From Chlorobaculum sp. MV4-Y (GTDB lineage Bacteria; Bacteroidota; Chlorobiia; Chlorobiales; Chlorobiaceae): 64,000 nucleotides of DNA. Below, in pieces: positions 42,373-52,461 of this stretch. The translations under genes were made by a program, and so were the position numbers. The notes under the pieces are model-generated. The model was given only the letters and a program-made list of their open reading frames with translations, searched no databases and was not told the origin of the DNA. The stretch is from positions 1,748,471-1,812,470 of the forward strand of contig NZ_CP104202.1 of the NCBI RefSeq assembly GCF_025244685.1, given 5' to 3'. Position 1 is the first letter of the stretch. Every line of letters begins with the position of its first letter.

Positions 42373-42699
42373 ATGGAAAATCAGGACAAATACTACAAGG
42401 GACTCTTTTTCGGAGCCGTGCTCGGCGCCGCAGTCGGCACCATCATGGGTCTCCTCTTTGCTCCGCGCAAAGGCGAGGACACCCAGATGATCATCAGCGG
42501 CAAGCTCAAACGCGCCATTGACCGCGCAACGGAATTGTACGAAGGTTCGGAACGCGATGCGGCGTACAGCAACGAGGCAAAGCACCGCTCACAGGAGATT
42601 ATCGACAGCGCCCGTGACGAGGCCCGCAAGATTCTCGATGAGGCCAACACCATCATCCGCGACATTCGCGGCAACCAGGCCAAAGCGCAGGAGAACTGA
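42373..42699 (+). CDS. YtxH/DUF948-like small protein
   Basis: Start MENQDKYYKGLFFGAVLGAAVGTIMGLLFAPRKG (TM helix) followed by a coiled-coil tail. Confidence 0.5.
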   Translation: MENQDKYYKGLFFGAVLGAAVGTIMGLLFAPRKGEDTQMIISGKLKRAIDRATELYEGSERDAAYSNEAKHRSQEIIDSARDEARKILDEANTIIRDIRGNQAKAQEN

Positions 42700-42702
42700 G
42701 CC

Positions 42703-43473
42703 ATGCTGACTTTCACTGGAGCAGCAGGTGGCGAAACCGGCAATGTGTTGCTTTTGCACGCATTCCCGGTTTCGTCGCAGATGTGGGAGCCGCAGCTTGC
42801 GCCGCTGGCCGAGTCGGGCTACCGGGTAATCGCCCCCGTCGTGTACGGCTTCGAGTCAACGCCGTCGCGCCCCGGATGGAGCATGGATGATTACGCCCGC
42901 GACCTCGCCCGCCTCATCGAGGCGCTTGGCTGGAAGAGCGCGACCATCGTCGGCCTCTCGATGGGCGGCTATCAGGCAATGGCTTTCTACCGGCTCTACC
43001 CCGAGCTGACCGCTTCGCTGGTGCTCTGCGACACACGCGCCAACGCCGACACACCCGAAGCCTTCTCCGTTCGGCAGGAGTTCAGGAAAGCGGTGATGGA
43101 AAAAGGAGCGGAAGAGGCCGCGGCGAGAATGCTACCGAACTTTTTTGCGAAGGAGACTTACGAAACGAACCCGTCGCTCGTCGAAAAAACGCGAGCGAGC
43201 ATTGTCAGACAGAGCCCGGAGGACATCAGCGAAGCGATGCGAGCCATCGCCGAGCGCGAGGATTCAACGGAGCTACTGACCGAAATCACCTGCCCAACGC
43301 TCATCATCTGCGGCATGGAGGACACCGTCACCACGCCGGAGACCGCCGCCGGAATGCACGCCCTCATCCCCGGCTCAAAGCTCGAACTGATCCCCGAAGC
43401 AGGCCACCTCTCAAACCTCGACCAACCCGCGATGTTCAACGGAATATTGCTGGAACATTTGCGGAGTTTGTAA
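42703..43473 (+). CDS. alpha/beta hydrolase fold protein
   Basis: GLSMGG nucleophile elbow. 256 aa. Confidence 0.75.
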   Translation: MLTFTGAAGGETGNVLLLHAFPVSSQMWEPQLAPLAESGYRVIAPVVYGFESTPSRPGWSMDDYARDLARLIEALGWKSATIVGLSMGGYQAMAFYRLYPELTASLVLCDTRANADTPEAFSVRQEFRKAVMEKGAEEAAARMLPNFFAKETYETNPSLVEKTRASIVRQSPEDISEAMRAIAEREDSTELLTEITCPTLIICGMEDTVTTPETAAGMHALIPGSKLELIPEAGHLSNLDQPAMFNGILLEHLRSL

Positions 43474-43478
43474 ACAGT

Positions 43479-43520
43479 AAACCCCCAACCGGTGTGAACT
43501 GGTTGGGGGTTTGTTCTTTG
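43479..43520 (+). terminator. Rho-independent terminator
   Basis: AAACCCCCAACC-GGTGTGAACT-GGTTGGGGGTTT followed by a T-rich tract. Confidence 0.8.
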
Positions 43521-43875
43521 ATTTTTGTGACGCTCTTTTCGCCGCCTGTTCTCTGCTGCCGTAGCTTGGCGGTCAACATATGTGCAGACAACCTTTTCAC
43601 GCTAATAAAAACTTATTTTTTATAACGGCCGAGTGTATGTGCCGTAAGGGATAGCGGAGCAGTTTCCTGTCCACCGGCACGAAAGTTTGAGCGGGATACA
43701 ACGCTTGAATACCCACTGAAACCCTTATGGCATATACACTTTGTTGTGCGTTCGGTGTTCTTGTTTTGTCTCGATTGTCTGCCAGTTGTGCGCAGGAACA
43801 GACACACTCTTTGCCAAGTTTTGGCTTGTGTGTTGGCTTGTGCGACTTGGCAATGTGTGTGGCTGTTGAGTTGGC

Positions 43876-45003
43876 TCATTTTCTCGACATTATTATATCA
43901 ACTTCTCCTGGCTTCATTGTCTTGTCCCCGAAGAGTTTTGTTTGAGTTTTTGTGTCCTTTGTCAAAGGTTTTTCGACAATCTTAACTGAATGATTTGGGA
44001 AATGCCTTTTCAGTATTTCAATTGTAGAGTTGAAAGTAAATTCTCTCTTGTCTGTCCGAACATAAACAGTGCTTTCTCTTTTCATCATTTTGGCACAAAG
44101 TCCAAAAACTTTGTCCAGTAAGTCATAATATTCTTGTTTATTTACAAATCGACCTTTATGCTTATCTTTTAGTGATTGAGGATTTTCTGAGCCACCTAAA
44201 AGCCACAGTCGCAACCACTGGTCTGCGTGATAGTCAGTAATCGAGTAATAGGGTGGTGAAGTAAACAGCAAAGAAAACTTTATATCATTGTTTATTGCTC
44301 TTTCTGCAATGTTTATTAATTTATTTGAACTATCACCGAACACAATGGCACTCTCAGAAACTTTTGGTTTACCTTTCTCGTAACGCCATTCGATTTTTTT
44401 GAGAATGAAATCACAGGGGTTTATTTCAGGCGGTGTGGTCATATTGTTTTTCTTCCACCATTGCACAGAGTAATTCATCCCCATTGATTTAGTCATTCTC
44501 ATTTGATTGGAAAGTCCTTCGCCAATTTTTGCGTGTAGGTAAATCAGAAGTATTGACATCAAAGTCGCATCAACTTTATTGTTTCTCCAATCTAAATGAG
44601 TTCGGGCGGCTAACAGGAATTTAAGAACTTCGTCACAGTAACAAATGCGATAAAATTCGGGCATTTTTTGGATTGCTCGGTTGTAATAGTTTCTCTTACT
44701 GTAAATTTCAAGTAGACGGTCAATGACTTCTTCTTTTTCTGCTGGTTGCAGTTTTACAGTTCCATACAACCAACCCACAGGGTTAATTTCTAATCCTAAA
44801 CTATTTCTTCCTAAAACGCCACCAGCATATATACTACTGCATCTACCCGCAAAAGGGTCAATTATATAATCACCATTCTTTGAGTATTTCTCAACTACAT
44901 CAAATGCAAATTCCAAAGGAAACATTGCATAGTATGGTCCAAACCTTGCCCAACGTGCTTCGGCAGTTTCAAAACCTTTCAATATTTTTTCCTTTGCTAT
45001 CAT
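43876..45003 (-). CDS. DNA methyltransferase, alpha-class (N4-cytosine/N6-adenine; SPPY motif)
   Basis: N-terminal motif I IDPFAGRCSS, about 200-aa spacer, then motif IV FTSPPYYSITDY. 4-nt overlap with the upstream NurA-like gene. Confidence 0.75.
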   Translation of the reverse strand: MIAKEKILKGFETAEARWARFGPYYAMFPLEFAFDVVEKYSKNGDYIIDPFAGRCSSIYAGGVLGRNSLGLEINPVGWLYGTVKLQPAEKEEVIDRLLEIYSKRNYYNRAIQKMPEFYRICYCDEVLKFLLAARTHLDWRNNKVDATLMSILLIYLHAKIGEGLSNQMRMTKSMGMNYSVQWWKKNNMTTPPEINPCDFILKKIEWRYEKGKPKVSESAIVFGDSSNKLINIAERAINNDIKFSLLFTSPPYYSITDYHADQWLRLWLLGGSENPQSLKDKHKGRFVNKQEYYDLLDKVFGLCAKMMKRESTVYVRTDKREFTFNSTIEILKRHFPNHSVKIVEKPLTKDTKTQTKLFGDKTMKPGEVDIIMSRK

Positions 45004-46367
45004 TCTTTTGATTTCTCTCTTATTTCTCTTGCTATGTCTTCAAAAATTCGCTTGCCTAAGTTCAAAGGAATTGCTGTTTCTGCGTGTGCTGAAACTAACG
45101 GAGAAACAGAATTCGGGTATCTGCTTGAAACAAGTTGGTCTAGTAAATTCATAACATCTGCTAATCTTGTAAATTGGTCAGGATTTGCTGTATCAAGATT
45201 TCTTTGATACTCGTTGAAACAAGCTACGACAGGAACAATTTTTTGACCTGATGCCGCTTTGTAGAAAAGTTTTCTTCCAAAATAAGTGTCTTGACCGTAA
45301 GGTTTGATACTCTCAGAAAAAATGATATTTCGTTTTATGTAGCCGTCATTTAAGAGTAAGGCAGATTGTTTTGGAAATTTATCAGTTACGCCATCTTTGG
45401 TAGTGTCTATATCAATGAAGTGATTGAAGAATGTTCCTGATTTTTCAATTCCAATGATTAAAAGGTCTTGACCATTTATTTTCCGTTGAAGGTCATTCAG
45501 CCGAGTTAATTCGTGACTTATAACTTTTGTTAACCATGATGAAGTGCTAAATACAGCTAAAGGTCCATCCATTATAAAAGCAACTCTGCGAAGTGTTGCT
45601 AACCAACCTTTGCGTTCAAATGCTCTTAGAATGTGAACAAGCCAAAGTTTTTCAAGAGTGGACATTATTTGCCCAAACATTTCACCATTGCTCCCGCCTG
45701 GGTTCATAAGTTCGTGTAAACGCAAAGCATCAGTTGAGAAAAGCGGCTCGCCTGAATGAGGACAAGTATATTCCCCAAAGTCATAAGTCATTTCTTCTTC
45801 AACTCCTTCAATTGGGCTTCTTGGTAAATTTCTTTCTTGAAAATGTTCACGTTTTATTCTAAAAAGATGCTCGTAGGTGTCAAGCAAACTTTCCCCATCT
45901 GAAAAAATGGTGTTGCTGCGTAACTCTTCAAATAAAGCTCTCCGTAAGGAAGACTTAGCATTTTTTTCTGTATCGAGAATTACATTACAACCGGGAAAAA
46001 CGCTTTCAATGGTTGATGCTTTTTCGGTTTCACGAAATTTCTTTGGTTCAACAAATTCCTTTTTTTCTAACTCTCCAATTAATTTCAAGTCAATTAAAAC
46101 GGAAGCAATGGTAATGTAACCAAATTCAGCACCAGGAAATCCGTTTTCTGCTTTTGCCGCTAAATTGCTTCCATCAATTGCAAGAACTAAATCAGGTTGT
46201 AAGGTACTTTCGGTCAAATCAGATTTTTTGACTATTGAACCTTCAAAGTCTTCTGTTTCTTCTTCCTGTTGCCTTATTTTAAGTCGGTTTTGAAGTGATT
46301 TGACTTTTTCACTATCAAGTAACCGTCTTAAAGGCTCGTAACTGGCAAATTCCCCTTCAAAACTCAT
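45000..46367 (-). CDS. NurA-like nuclease
   Basis: N-terminal LVLAIDGSNLAAKA (NurA IDGS catalytic motif). 455 aa. Located 11 nt downstream of the HerA-like gene. Confidence 0.45.
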   Translation of the reverse strand: MSFEGEFASYEPLRRLLDSEKVKSLQNRLKIRQQEEETEDFEGSIVKKSDLTESTLQPDLVLAIDGSNLAAKAENGFPGAEFGYITIASVLIDLKLIGELEKKEFVEPKKFRETEKASTIESVFPGCNVILDTEKNAKSSLRRALFEELRSNTIFSDGESLLDTYEHLFRIKREHFQERNLPRSPIEGVEEEMTYDFGEYTCPHSGEPLFSTDALRLHELMNPGGSNGEMFGQIMSTLEKLWLVHILRAFERKGWLATLRRVAFIMDGPLAVFSTSSWLTKVISHELTRLNDLQRKINGQDLLIIGIEKSGTFFNHFIDIDTTKDGVTDKFPKQSALLLNDGYIKRNIIFSESIKPYGQDTYFGRKLFYKAASGQKIVPVVACFNEYQRNLDTANPDQFTRLADVMNLLDQLVSSRYPNSVSPLVSAHAETAIPLNLGKRIFEDIAREIREKSKE

Positions 46368-46378
46368 ATGATAGTGTG

Positions 46379-48484
46379 TTAAACTTCAAACCTGTCCACT
46401 TGAACAGGAATGACAAATAGGTTACTTAAAGTTTTTACTCTTAAAAACCCTTTATCTTGGGCTCGTCTTATGGATGGTTCAAAGTCTGCAAAGTCGTAAT
46501 ACTTGCAAAGTTCTTTTGTCTCATCGGTATTGTTCAAATGGCTAATAAACCAATTGGCAGTGTTTTTAAGAATGTTCTTTTGAATGCTGCTTACTTCTTG
46601 CGTGGCGTATACCATTCCGATGCGATATTTAGAACCTTCTTTTGCAGTCCTTACCCAAATGTCTGATAAATCTAAATCATTACCTGCAGGCAAAATATTG
46701 TGGGCTTCTTCAACATAAACTAAAATTTCAGGAATGTTTGTTTCGCCTTGAACAAATTTTCTTTGATTTTCTTTGAAAATCTTTGTCATTATTCTGGTCG
46801 CAGAAGATTTGTTGAGTTCGGGTTCTCCACTTGATTGGTCAATTATTACCAATTTACCTTGAACAAGGTGGTTGTAAATATCTTCTGCATAATCACTTGT
46901 TGTGTCGGCACTATGTTGTTCTGCCGCTTTGCCGATTTTTCTAGTTCCGTTGGGATATTGAAAAATGCCAATGATTTTTTTCAAATCTTCATCAGCCCAT
47001 CTGTCGCCTGAGCCATTAGGACGACTTACATAAGCATTTTCAAATGTCGTGTAATTACTGCTGCTGTCTCGAATGAATTTATCTAATGCTTCAAAAGCGT
47101 TAGCAAGTTGACCCCAAGCAGGATTTGGGTTTGAGAATACTTGTGCTGCTGAAACATATTCAGGGGTTGGCGGATTATTATTTCTTCCCGTTTGAAGGGC
47201 GGTAATCAAGTCTTGATTAAAAAGACCCCTTGTGCTTGCCCTTAAACTTGGTGGAACTTGAAAACCTGCTCTGGCTAATACTGAACGATAGGCTAATAAT
47301 CGTCTGTTATAACGTGTAGTTGCACTTCGGTCATTTGGGTCAGGTTCATCAAAGCTTACTTGGCAGAATTGTTTGATGTAATTAGTGCTATCTTCTGATA
47401 GGATGCTATCAATTATACTTTTTCCAATCTGCGTATTACTTGTTTCAAAGAAGTTTAGAAGCATTAAGGTTCTTTCAGGGTCATTTGGATGTCTTGTAAT
47501 TCCATAGGTAATAACTTCGTTTGCCTTTACACCATTTGGCAAAAGTTGCCAAACATTTTTAAGAGCGGAATTATTGTCCTGAACATTTTCATTTGCATAC
47601 TCACCATTTGGGTCAAAAATAATTTGCCCTATTCGTAGCGGTCTGTCATTAGGATTTTCATTTTTTCTTAATTCAAATACTGATTTGGCGATAATTTTAG
47701 TGGTGTTTGATTTACCCGTTCTTGTCATACCGAACAATGCAGATTTTTGAGATAGCAAGTCCGCAGGATATATATAAACTGGAACATCATCTACTTGCTG
47801 ATATTTACGATTTGTTGAAGCATAGCGAACAAATCCAAGTTTCACTCTCTCTGTGTTTCCGTATTTCTCTGTGTGAGCCTGAATACTTGTAGGGTCTGCG
47901 TAATTTACGATTTGTTCAAGTGCTTTTCCGTTTGGCTTATAAACTTTCAAGCCCCTGTTTGGGTAGTAATTAGAAATATCGCTACCAAATTTCAGATTAA
48001 GAGGGGCGTCACCATTATGACCGTTTTCTTCAAGAAAGAATGTTCCAATAATTCGGCATTGAACACCAGCAAATCCAAGAATGTTTTTTGTTCGCAAGTC
48101 CATTGAACCTGCATCATCCCAATGTTTTTCAGTTTCTCCGCTTATTCTTTGAGCCGTTTCAACTCTAATTCTTTCTGCTTCTTTGTCTTGTGGTAAAGTT
48201 GCTGCATCCATTACTCGTAAAAGAACAAATGAAGCATCTTCCTTTTTAAAGTCAATATCTGTTTTACTTGGGTCAACTCGTGTCGCAATTAGAAAACTTA
48301 AACTTGGTATTCCACCAACTTTCTCTCTGTAAAAGTCGTGAATGATTACTCTTGCTGTCTCATAGTTGATAGAGTAAATGTCACCAACATACTGGTCTGC
48401 TTGAATAAGCTTTTGAAACCATTGTTGGCTTTCAACTTGTTTGTCGTTTTCTCGTCTTGAGTTAAGTCCCTGTTCTATACTCAT
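46379..48484 (-). CDS. HerA-like (FtsK/HerA superfamily, DUF87) ATPase
   Basis: Walker [14 protein letters not shown]. Walker [14 protein letters not shown] (DEAH-like, HerA-typical). 701 aa with a long N-terminal region. Confidence 0.6.
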   Translation of the reverse strand: MSIEQGLNSRRENDKQVESQQWFQKLIQADQYVGDIYSINYETARVIIHDFYREKVGGIPSLSFLIATRVDPSKTDIDFKKEDASFVLLRVMDAATLPQDKEAERIRVETAQRISGETEKHWDDAGSMDLRTKNILGFAGVQCRIIGTFFLEENGHNGDAPLNLKFGSDISNYYPNRGLKVYKPNGKALEQIVNYADPTSIQAHTEKYGNTERVKLGFVRYASTNRKYQQVDDVPVYIYPADLLSQKSALFGMTRTGKSNTTKIIAKSVFELRKNENPNDRPLRIGQIIFDPNGEYANENVQDNNSALKNVWQLLPNGVKANEVITYGITRHPNDPERTLMLLNFFETSNTQIGKSIIDSILSEDSTNYIKQFCQVSFDEPDPNDRSATTRYNRRLLAYRSVLARAGFQVPPSLRASTRGLFNQDLITALQTGRNNNPPTPEYVSAAQVFSNPNPAWGQLANAFEALDKFIRDSSSNYTTFENAYVSRPNGSGDRWADEDLKKIIGIFQYPNGTRKIGKAAEQHSADTTSDYAEDIYNHLVQGKLVIIDQSSGEPELNKSSATRIMTKIFKENQRKFVQGETNIPEILVYVEEAHNILPAGNDLDLSDIWVRTAKEGSKYRIGMVYATQEVSSIQKNILKNTANWFISHLNNTDETKELCKYYDFADFEPSIRRAQDKGFLRVKTLSNLFVIPVQVDRFEV

Positions 48485-48780
48485 ATTGTCAAATTATTAG
48501 TTGTCAAATTTATTAATTTCTGTCGGTGCGTTGGCAAAAAAATGGCTCTTTTGGTTTTTTGAGTTTTGGCTCGTGTGTCGGCAAAAACCAAATGTGCCAT
48601 TTGCGTGTCGGCTGTCTTTTTTACACTGACGCACAACGTTTTGCGGCTTTGCGTAGTGGCGGATTTCGGAGCACAAAACTGTCAACATACCACAAAAGCT
48701 GATGCGAGGTAGAATGTTCAATTAACCACTGAACCCGCCATTACGCAAAACCGCTGTTGGGTGCTGGCCTTCTATCTTTG

Positions 48781-49920
48781 TCAGAACATTTTGATTTGTT
48801 CACCGTGTTCAAATTCAAATTCTTTATGTCCGTCTAATACTTCTAATGCTTCTCTAACTTTTAAAGCAATTTTCTTTGCAAATATCACGGGAACTGCGTT
48901 TCCAATTTGGAGTTGTAATTCTCTTTTGTTGTTTCCGTAAAAAATCCAATCATCTGGAAAAGTCTGCAATCTCGCATATTCCCTTGCTGTAAAAGGTCTG
49001 ATTTTACTTGCTTTTATTCTCCAAAGTTTTGCAGTCGACTCAGGGTTTCTTACATACATTGCATTGTCTCTGTCCTTGTCAATTCTTTCTGCTACAACAT
49101 TGCCAATAGCCCAACCCCAAACGGTTGCTGTGTCAATTGCTGGAAAAGGAGAGTCAAAATCTCTGATTGGGTTTCCTTCTGATGCCGTTCTACTAAGTCT
49201 AACAGGAATTACAATTTCAGATTCGTCATATGGTAGCCCTGTTTCTGTATGAGCATAGCTTTTAAAGCCCCATTCAGGATTATGATTTGGTAATTCAATG
49301 TTTAAATTTTGTCCTAGTTCGTATATGAATTTCCTTATTCCTGTTTCCTTTTCTGCTCTTGGAAATTTGAAGTGTTTTAATGTGTCATCCTTGTAAGCGA
49401 TAAAAACAAAACGTCTTCTTGTTTGAGGAACTCCGTGTTCTGAAACTCTAAAAAAATCAAATTCTGTAGTATACCCGATTGAAGCAAGTTCATCTGAAAT
49501 CTGTTGTGCAAAAGGTTTGCCTGTTTCAGGGTGGGTCATTGTCCTAAGATTAAGAACATTTTCCATTACAATCACTCTGGGTTGCATTATACTCGCAATC
49601 CTGACAACTTCACGGTATAAAGTATTTCTTTCGTCATTTTCATCCCTGTTGCCACCAAGTGAAAATCCTTGACAAGGAAACCCTGCTAATAAAACATCTA
49701 GGCCACTCTTAAATGAGGGAGTATATTCTCGAACGTCTCCATGTATTATATCCCAATTTGGTCTGTTAGATTGTAAAGTATTGACTGCATAATCTAAAAT
49801 TTCATTTGATTCTGTATGTTCAAACCCTGCTAACTCAAAACCTAAGTCAAGTCCACCCGCACCTGTAAAAAGGCCGAGAAACGTATAGTTTGTTTTGGTT
49901 TCCTTCTTTAACTGATTCAT
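48781..49920 (-). CDS. DNA (cytosine-5)-methyltransferase
   Basis: Motif I FLGLFTGAGGLDLGF, motif IV GFPCQGFS, motif VI ENV. Confidence 0.9.
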   Translation of the reverse strand: MNQLKKETKTNYTFLGLFTGAGGLDLGFELAGFEHTESNEILDYAVNTLQSNRPNWDIIHGDVREYTPSFKSGLDVLLAGFPCQGFSLGGNRDENDERNTLYREVVRIASIMQPRVIVMENVLNLRTMTHPETGKPFAQQISDELASIGYTTEFDFFRVSEHGVPQTRRRFVFIAYKDDTLKHFKFPRAEKETGIRKFIYELGQNLNIELPNHNPEWGFKSYAHTETGLPYDESEIVIPVRLSRTASEGNPIRDFDSPFPAIDTATVWGWAIGNVVAERIDKDRDNAMYVRNPESTAKLWRIKASKIRPFTAREYARLQTFPDDWIFYGNNKRELQLQIGNAVPVIFAKKIALKVREALEVLDGHKEFEFEHGEQIKMF

Positions 49921-49923
49921 TGC

Positions 49924-50772
49924 TTATTTGGTTAAAGGTGGAATAATAGGAATGGAGGCTGTTCTCTCTTTTGGAGAACGCAGTTTGCAAGCATCAAAAA
50001 TATCTGTGAGTGTGGCTAAACTCCCTTTTGACTTACCTGCTGATTTTGTTTCATCTTTCAGATAATAGTAAAATGAATTGCCGTATTTATCGGTTCTGAT
50101 GATTTGTTCGCTAACAAAATCAGTAGATTTTATTTTTTCTAAATCAGACTTTTTTGCAACGAGAATTTGTCGAAGGTGAAATTCAGATATTTTGGAATTT
50201 AATGGATTTGGGTAGGTGTACATTTTTCTGTGTCGTACCGAACCTTCTCCATAAGGGCCGTGATTATATTCTGTGTAGTTTGAATATTTTGACTCTTTAT
50301 GCAATTCAAAATCATAGTTCAAAAAGTCTCCGTCTATCAGTATCAGAGTAACTATGTTTTTGCTGTCATTGTCAAGAAGTGCGAAAAGGTAAAAGCAAGG
50401 AATTATTATTGTTTCTGCACCAACTTTGATTAGTGTCGAGCCACAAGGCAAACTACTATTGTAGTCAATTGTCAAGCCCCTTGAATCGCTTCCGTTAGGT
50501 TTTTGGATTAATTTTTTAATTTCTAAACCAACAACTGTCCCTGATTTCGTATCTCTAACAACTAAGTCAGGGGTTGTCAATGAGCCTGAATGGTAAATTT
50601 CAAAAGATTTTGGTAATGCCTTTTTTATTTCTGCTTCAATCCAATTGTCAAATGGGTCGTCTTGAACTGTCCCAACTATTGACTTTGCTCTCATATCAAC
50701 AGGGATTCCGTTGCTCCCAATTTTGGAAATCAACTCTCGGTATATTCGTAAAATTATTTCTAGTTCTGTCAT
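49924..50772 (-). CDS. putative Type II restriction endonuclease (PD-(D/E)xK)
   Basis: TPDLVVRDTKSGTVVGLEIKK matches a PD...(D/E)xK pattern. The stop lies 3 nt before the C5-MTase start. Confidence 0.5.
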   Translation of the reverse strand: MTELEIILRIYRELISKIGSNGIPVDMRAKSIVGTVQDDPFDNWIEAEIKKALPKSFEIYHSGSLTTPDLVVRDTKSGTVVGLEIKKLIQKPNGSDSRGLTIDYNSSLPCGSTLIKVGAETIIIPCFYLFALLDNDSKNIVTLILIDGDFLNYDFELHKESKYSNYTEYNHGPYGEGSVRHRKMYTYPNPLNSKISEFHLRQILVAKKSDLEKIKSTDFVSEQIIRTDKYGNSFYYYLKDETKSAGKSKGSLATLTDIFDACKLRSPKERTASIPIIPPLTK

Positions 50773-50969
50773 ATTTCTTTAATGGTCAAAGTTACAAAAT
50801 TCAGGTCTGCTATCTCCATTTTAGCCCTGTCATTTTACTTGGTGGTCGTCTTTTAGGCTTGCACCCAACTTGCTTATCTGCGCTACTCTATAGCGCCTTA
50901 CATGCCATATTAGACAAATAAGCGCGACAAAGTAGCGTGTTATTGTCCGGCGTGGTCTTGTTACAGTTA

Positions 50970-52118
50970 TTACAAATCATCGAATGGACTTTTAATCTGC
51001 TGTAAACTTTTTTTGCTGACATGGGTATAGATTTCGGTGGTCTTGCTGCTTTTGTGCCCCAGAAGTTCCTGAATATACCTGAGGTCGGTTCCCGATTCCA
51101 GCAGATGAGTGGCATAACTGTGCCGTAACCAGTGCAGCGTTACCGGTTTTGTAATGGAAGCTTTTTTCAATGCATGTTTCAATACCTGTTCAAGACTTCT
51201 TGCGCTGTATTGGGTATCGGGAAATTGCCCTTCGAAAAGCCATTGCTTTGGTTTGCAGGCCTTATAGTATTCACGCAACATTCCAATCACTTTGTTTGAA
51301 ATTGGCGCTACCCTGTCTTTGTGGCCCTTGGCATCTTTTATGATGAGAAGGCCACGTTTGGAATCCACATGTTCGGGTCTAAGGTTCAGCAGCTCACTGC
51401 GCCTGAGTCCACAGGCGTAGATCAGGCTGAGCATTGTTCGGTGTTTCAGATTTGTGGGCGCTTCCAGAATCTCTTTTACCTCTTCTTTGCTCAGCACATT
51501 CGGCAGTTTGTGCTGTGAACGAGGACGTTGCAGTTTTTCTGGCCAGAGCGTTGCGTCATGTATAACTCTGAAAAAAAGCTTTGCTGCATTAACTACCTGG
51601 TTTTGATATGCATAACTTAATCCATTGGGCAAGATGTATTCGTTGACAAAACGCACCATATCCTCGCTGGTTATCTCGTTGGCTTGTTTCGGACTGATGA
51701 ATCTCAGGAATACTTCGAGAACCTGCAGGTAGGTTTTGACGGTAGAATCGCTATAGCGCTTGTGCAGCAGCCACTGCCTGAACGTATGAAGCTCTTGAAG
51801 CAATTGCGGCGAAAGCGTGGCCTGTATTATGGTCTTTTGCTGAGCAGATGTGGTTCTGTTGCCTCGGGTTGCCAGGTGCTTTTCTCTGAAAGCAGAATAA
51901 TCTACCCAAGCTTTGCCCTTGAACTGCTTGAGCATCAGATCGATCACCTCGTCCGATTCAGGAATATACCAACGGTTACAACTGCTACTCCAGCGTACGC
52001 CCTTTAACTGCTTCACCTCAGCAGTCAGGGCTTCATCGTATGGAAACTCAAGCACCACCCGCTTTTCACCCCTGTGCTCAAAGGGCGTAATCCGTATGAC
52101 GGTGCTTGCATGAGGCAT
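50970..52118 (-). CDS. tyrosine-type site-specific integrase/recombinase
   Basis: C-terminal HWLRHSYATHLLESGTDLRYIQELLGHKSSKTTEIYTHV (R..H..R..Y catalytic box) and an N-terminal SAM-like domain. Confidence 0.85.
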   Translation of the reverse strand: MPHASTVIRITPFEHRGEKRVVLEFPYDEALTAEVKQLKGVRWSSSCNRWYIPESDEVIDLMLKQFKGKAWVDYSAFREKHLATRGNRTTSAQQKTIIQATLSPQLLQELHTFRQWLLHKRYSDSTVKTYLQVLEVFLRFISPKQANEITSEDMVRFVNEYILPNGLSYAYQNQVVNAAKLFFRVIHDATLWPEKLQRPRSQHKLPNVLSKEEVKEILEAPTNLKHRTMLSLIYACGLRRSELLNLRPEHVDSKRGLLIIKDAKGHKDRVAPISNKVIGMLREYYKACKPKQWLFEGQFPDTQYSARSLEQVLKHALKKASITKPVTLHWLRHSYATHLLESGTDLRYIQELLGHKSSKTTEIYTHVSKKSLQQIKSPFDDL

Positions 52119-52380
52119 TTGCTGTGGGGGAAAGGTGATGCTACCTTATTATTCAGCCAACACATTTTATTAAAATAAATAAAATGTACTGACACGCAAA
52201 CAAATGCGGGAAACTTGCCACAGGATTTCCCTCTTCATCCCACCTCCAGAAACGCGAAAAAACCCCGACCGCTTTGCACCAGCCGAGGTTTCACGTTGTT
52301 GCTCCGGCAGTGATGCTCATAAAAGTCACCGAAACAAGAAATTAGGCTAAAGCCCTGAATTATTTTGCCTTATCCATCAA

Positions 52381-52445
52381 CCCCGGACTAAAGTCCGGGG
52401 CAACTGAAGAAAATGTAAGCATTGAATGTCCGTCGGGCTGAAGCC
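52381..52445. repeat. REP-like palindrome CCCCGGACTAAAGTCCGGGG plus GGGCTGAAGCC
   Basis: The same palindromes as at 5485-5538. Located between the integrase and aroA. Confidence 0.6.
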
Positions 52446-52461
52446 TTCCTGAATACGAAAC

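Larger units (their letters stand above)
43521..52460. mobile_element. AT-rich integrated genomic island (integrase + R-M + HerA/NurA/MTase cargo)
   Basis: Sharp drop in GC relative to the flanking genes. All six island genes lie on the minus strand. Tyrosine integrase at the aroA-proximal end. Flanked by an alpha/beta-hydrolase terminator and a REP-like palindrome. Confidence 0.55.
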
